From Octopus sinensis (taxonomy: Eukaryota), in contig NC_043019.1 in the NCBI RefSeq assembly GCF_006345805.1, positions 28,209,360 through 28,273,359 of the forward strand: a stretch of DNA of 64,000 bases, read 5' to 3'. The translations under genes and the position numbers were made by a program. Numbering within the stretch: the first letter of the stretch is position 1; every line of letters starts with the position of its first letter. The notes under the pieces were generated by a model that saw only the letters and a program-made list of their open reading frames with translations, did no database searches and was not told the origin of the DNA. Below, piece after piece: positions 61,782 through 64,000 of the stretch.

Positions 61782-64000
61782 CCTGCTCGCTTAGCCAGCG
61801 AGGTGGCGTCATTTGAAGGCTAAAACAATGCGAAGCGCATTGTGACCAGCGATGTGTAGCAACACCTGATGGTCTGGTCGGTCACAGTGATATATATATA
61901 TATATATATATAGTATTTAATTGTGGTGTAGAAGTCCATCTCTAATTTAGTGTTAAACCTTGATATAAAAAATTTCCTTTCATAGTGTTAACCGTATCTC
62001 AGTTGAAATATGCTGCCTTTCTTTCAATTAATATTGAAAGTAAGGAATTATTATTAAGCTGGCGTTTGAAACAATAATTAAGAACTTTTGAAGGAAGGTT
62101 TTTAGACCACTTTATAACAGGAATTTTGCATCATAGAATCGAGGGCGGTTTCAGACAGGTTGGTATCAAAAGGGTTAAAATGGAGTGCAGAATAGTGCGT
62201 CTTATAAGCAAGTACATTAATGTAGTCCCGTTTGGTTAAAATGTGACTTGATCTGAGAACATTGTGTCGAAACTAAAGTAGTTTATATCAATGAAGAACC
62301 ATTTTAGCCATAGTAGAAGACACTTGCCCAAGATGCGACGCTGTGGGACTGAACCCCAAATCGCTTGGTTGCAAAGCGAGCTTCTTAACCTCACAGCCAC
62401 AAGCTAATATTCTATTCTAAACATTATGAGGGTTTGAAAACTAAAATTATTCTTCAGGATTATTCCACTAATTTTTCTTCAGTCCCGAATTGTTATTTGG
62501 CTGTTGTTGTTTGACATTACGTCACCCCCAAATAGTAGCCATCCCCTTAAATTCAAAAATGTTTGTAAAATGAAATCAGTCTCCTTATTTTTACTATTTG
62601 GTGACGGAGATATCACAAGTTTCTTTTTACACTCTTGTTCTCCATCACATCATTTAATGTGCCCTTCTTTTCCTTGAGAGAGTAGGATATAATTTGAGGG
62701 GAAGGATCTTGTTAGATTTCTTCCTACCACTCTTAAAGTATTCCAAATTTTCACCAGATTGGATGGAGGCTTCCCAAAAGGCTAAAATTACATAACTTTA
62801 AAGACTTTTTTTAATGGTTAATTTCTAGAAAAATGCATGCTTTATTTTTGTCATCAGCATGCAAAACTACATTTTTGAAAATAATCTGATGAAAATTTGA
62901 AATATGTCAACTAGTTGGAAGAAATTTAACAAGATACGAGGGGAAATTTGGTTACTATTTCTAACAGGTTTAACGACAACAAATTTAGAAGCTCCTTCGC
63001 TTGATGGTAGATCCGCTAGTAAAAAAAAAATAACTATATTTTCAGACTGCTCTCAAAAATTTCTTTAAAATTTTATTTGTAAGACCGTATGGTATGATTC
63101 GAAGCGAAACTTAGTTGATATTCCTTGATGGTCCCGTTGTGCTCATTACTTCCTATTTTAATTTAGAATAAACATTTTCACTCGCGCTTCTTATGTTAAT
63201 TGAAAAATTTTGATTTTTTTTTTTTCCTGAAAATTTCATATAATCACTAATTTATAATTTATTAACGAAAAAACACATCCAAATATTCTCTCATTTCAAA
63301 TCGTGCAACAACCGAAGTAAATCTTTAGCCAAACAGATGTTAATTTAATACCATCATTCGAATTTAGGATTAAATCTTGCTTTAATTATTTATTTACTTT
63401 GCCATCAGAATTATCCGAAGGCAGTGCCGTAGCATGGCCTTAGCAGTGATAGCGAAAACAAATTAAAGAATATAAGAAAGCTTCCAGCGTACTCAGACTA
63501 TTAATTATCATCACACACACCCAGTATGAAAAAGACGTTAAGTTATGAATTGCCACACGTCACACCCTGTTAGTATGTGTTCACGAAACTGCTGGACAAG
63601 TTAGTCAAAAGTACAGTTATTCTAAGTGGAATTCTGTCTGAATCAGTTTGTTATTAAAGAACCTAGAAGTTCTAACTAATGAATTCGTTTCAAATATTAG
63701 CAGAGATGAATAGAGGATAAATGTGATCATTGCTTCACTGACATTTTCCATCAGACTGTTTGCTCTTCTTGTTGTTGGGTGAGCAATTCACAGAAAGATA
63801 TGAACTATATTTAGTAAGAAGGGATTGCTGAACATTTATATAAGTAATACTGTGTGCTCTGAGGCGGCGACTGCACGTTGCAAAGTCTAAGAAAGAGGGG
63901 ATTAAACGGAAGATTGATTACATGTGTGTCAAGAGCAATAGAAATGCAATATAAATAGGAAGGCTTTCTACATTGTGAATTCAAATCTCGCCGAGGCCAA

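Overview
AT-rich, repeat-dense animal genomic DNA. It is most likely a coleoid cephalopod (octopus-like), inferred from the tRNA-derived SINE families and the (TA)/(TG)/(GA) microsatellite load. Two spliced protein-coding genes on the + strand can be rebuilt from the sequence. (1) A 4-exon, 140-aa intracellular lipid-binding protein of the FABP/iLBP family (CDS 11819-20665); by eye its canonical fatty-acid-binding Arg/Arg/Tyr residues are replaced by Gln/Thr/Phe. (2) Mitochondrial fission factor (MFF/Tango11; coding exons 36361-41001, plus a probable Met-Lys start exon at 32754-32759). The rest is mostly mobile DNA: several SINE families, decayed RTE LINEs, Helitron remnants, mariner/Tc1/pogo/hAT/piggyBac-type MITEs, and Penelope-like fragments with hammerhead relics. 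Notable structures are a perfect 96-bp-arm palindrome centred on a hammerhead-like stem, a ~1.37-kb tandem duplication with a mappable crossover between MITE arms, a GGATC-TIR element family carrying TTAGGG repeats, and a mixed TTAGGG/TTTAGGG interstitial telomeric array in the FABP intron. No CRISPR array, rRNA or genuine tRNA gene is seen. All calls are by-eye; no searches were run.
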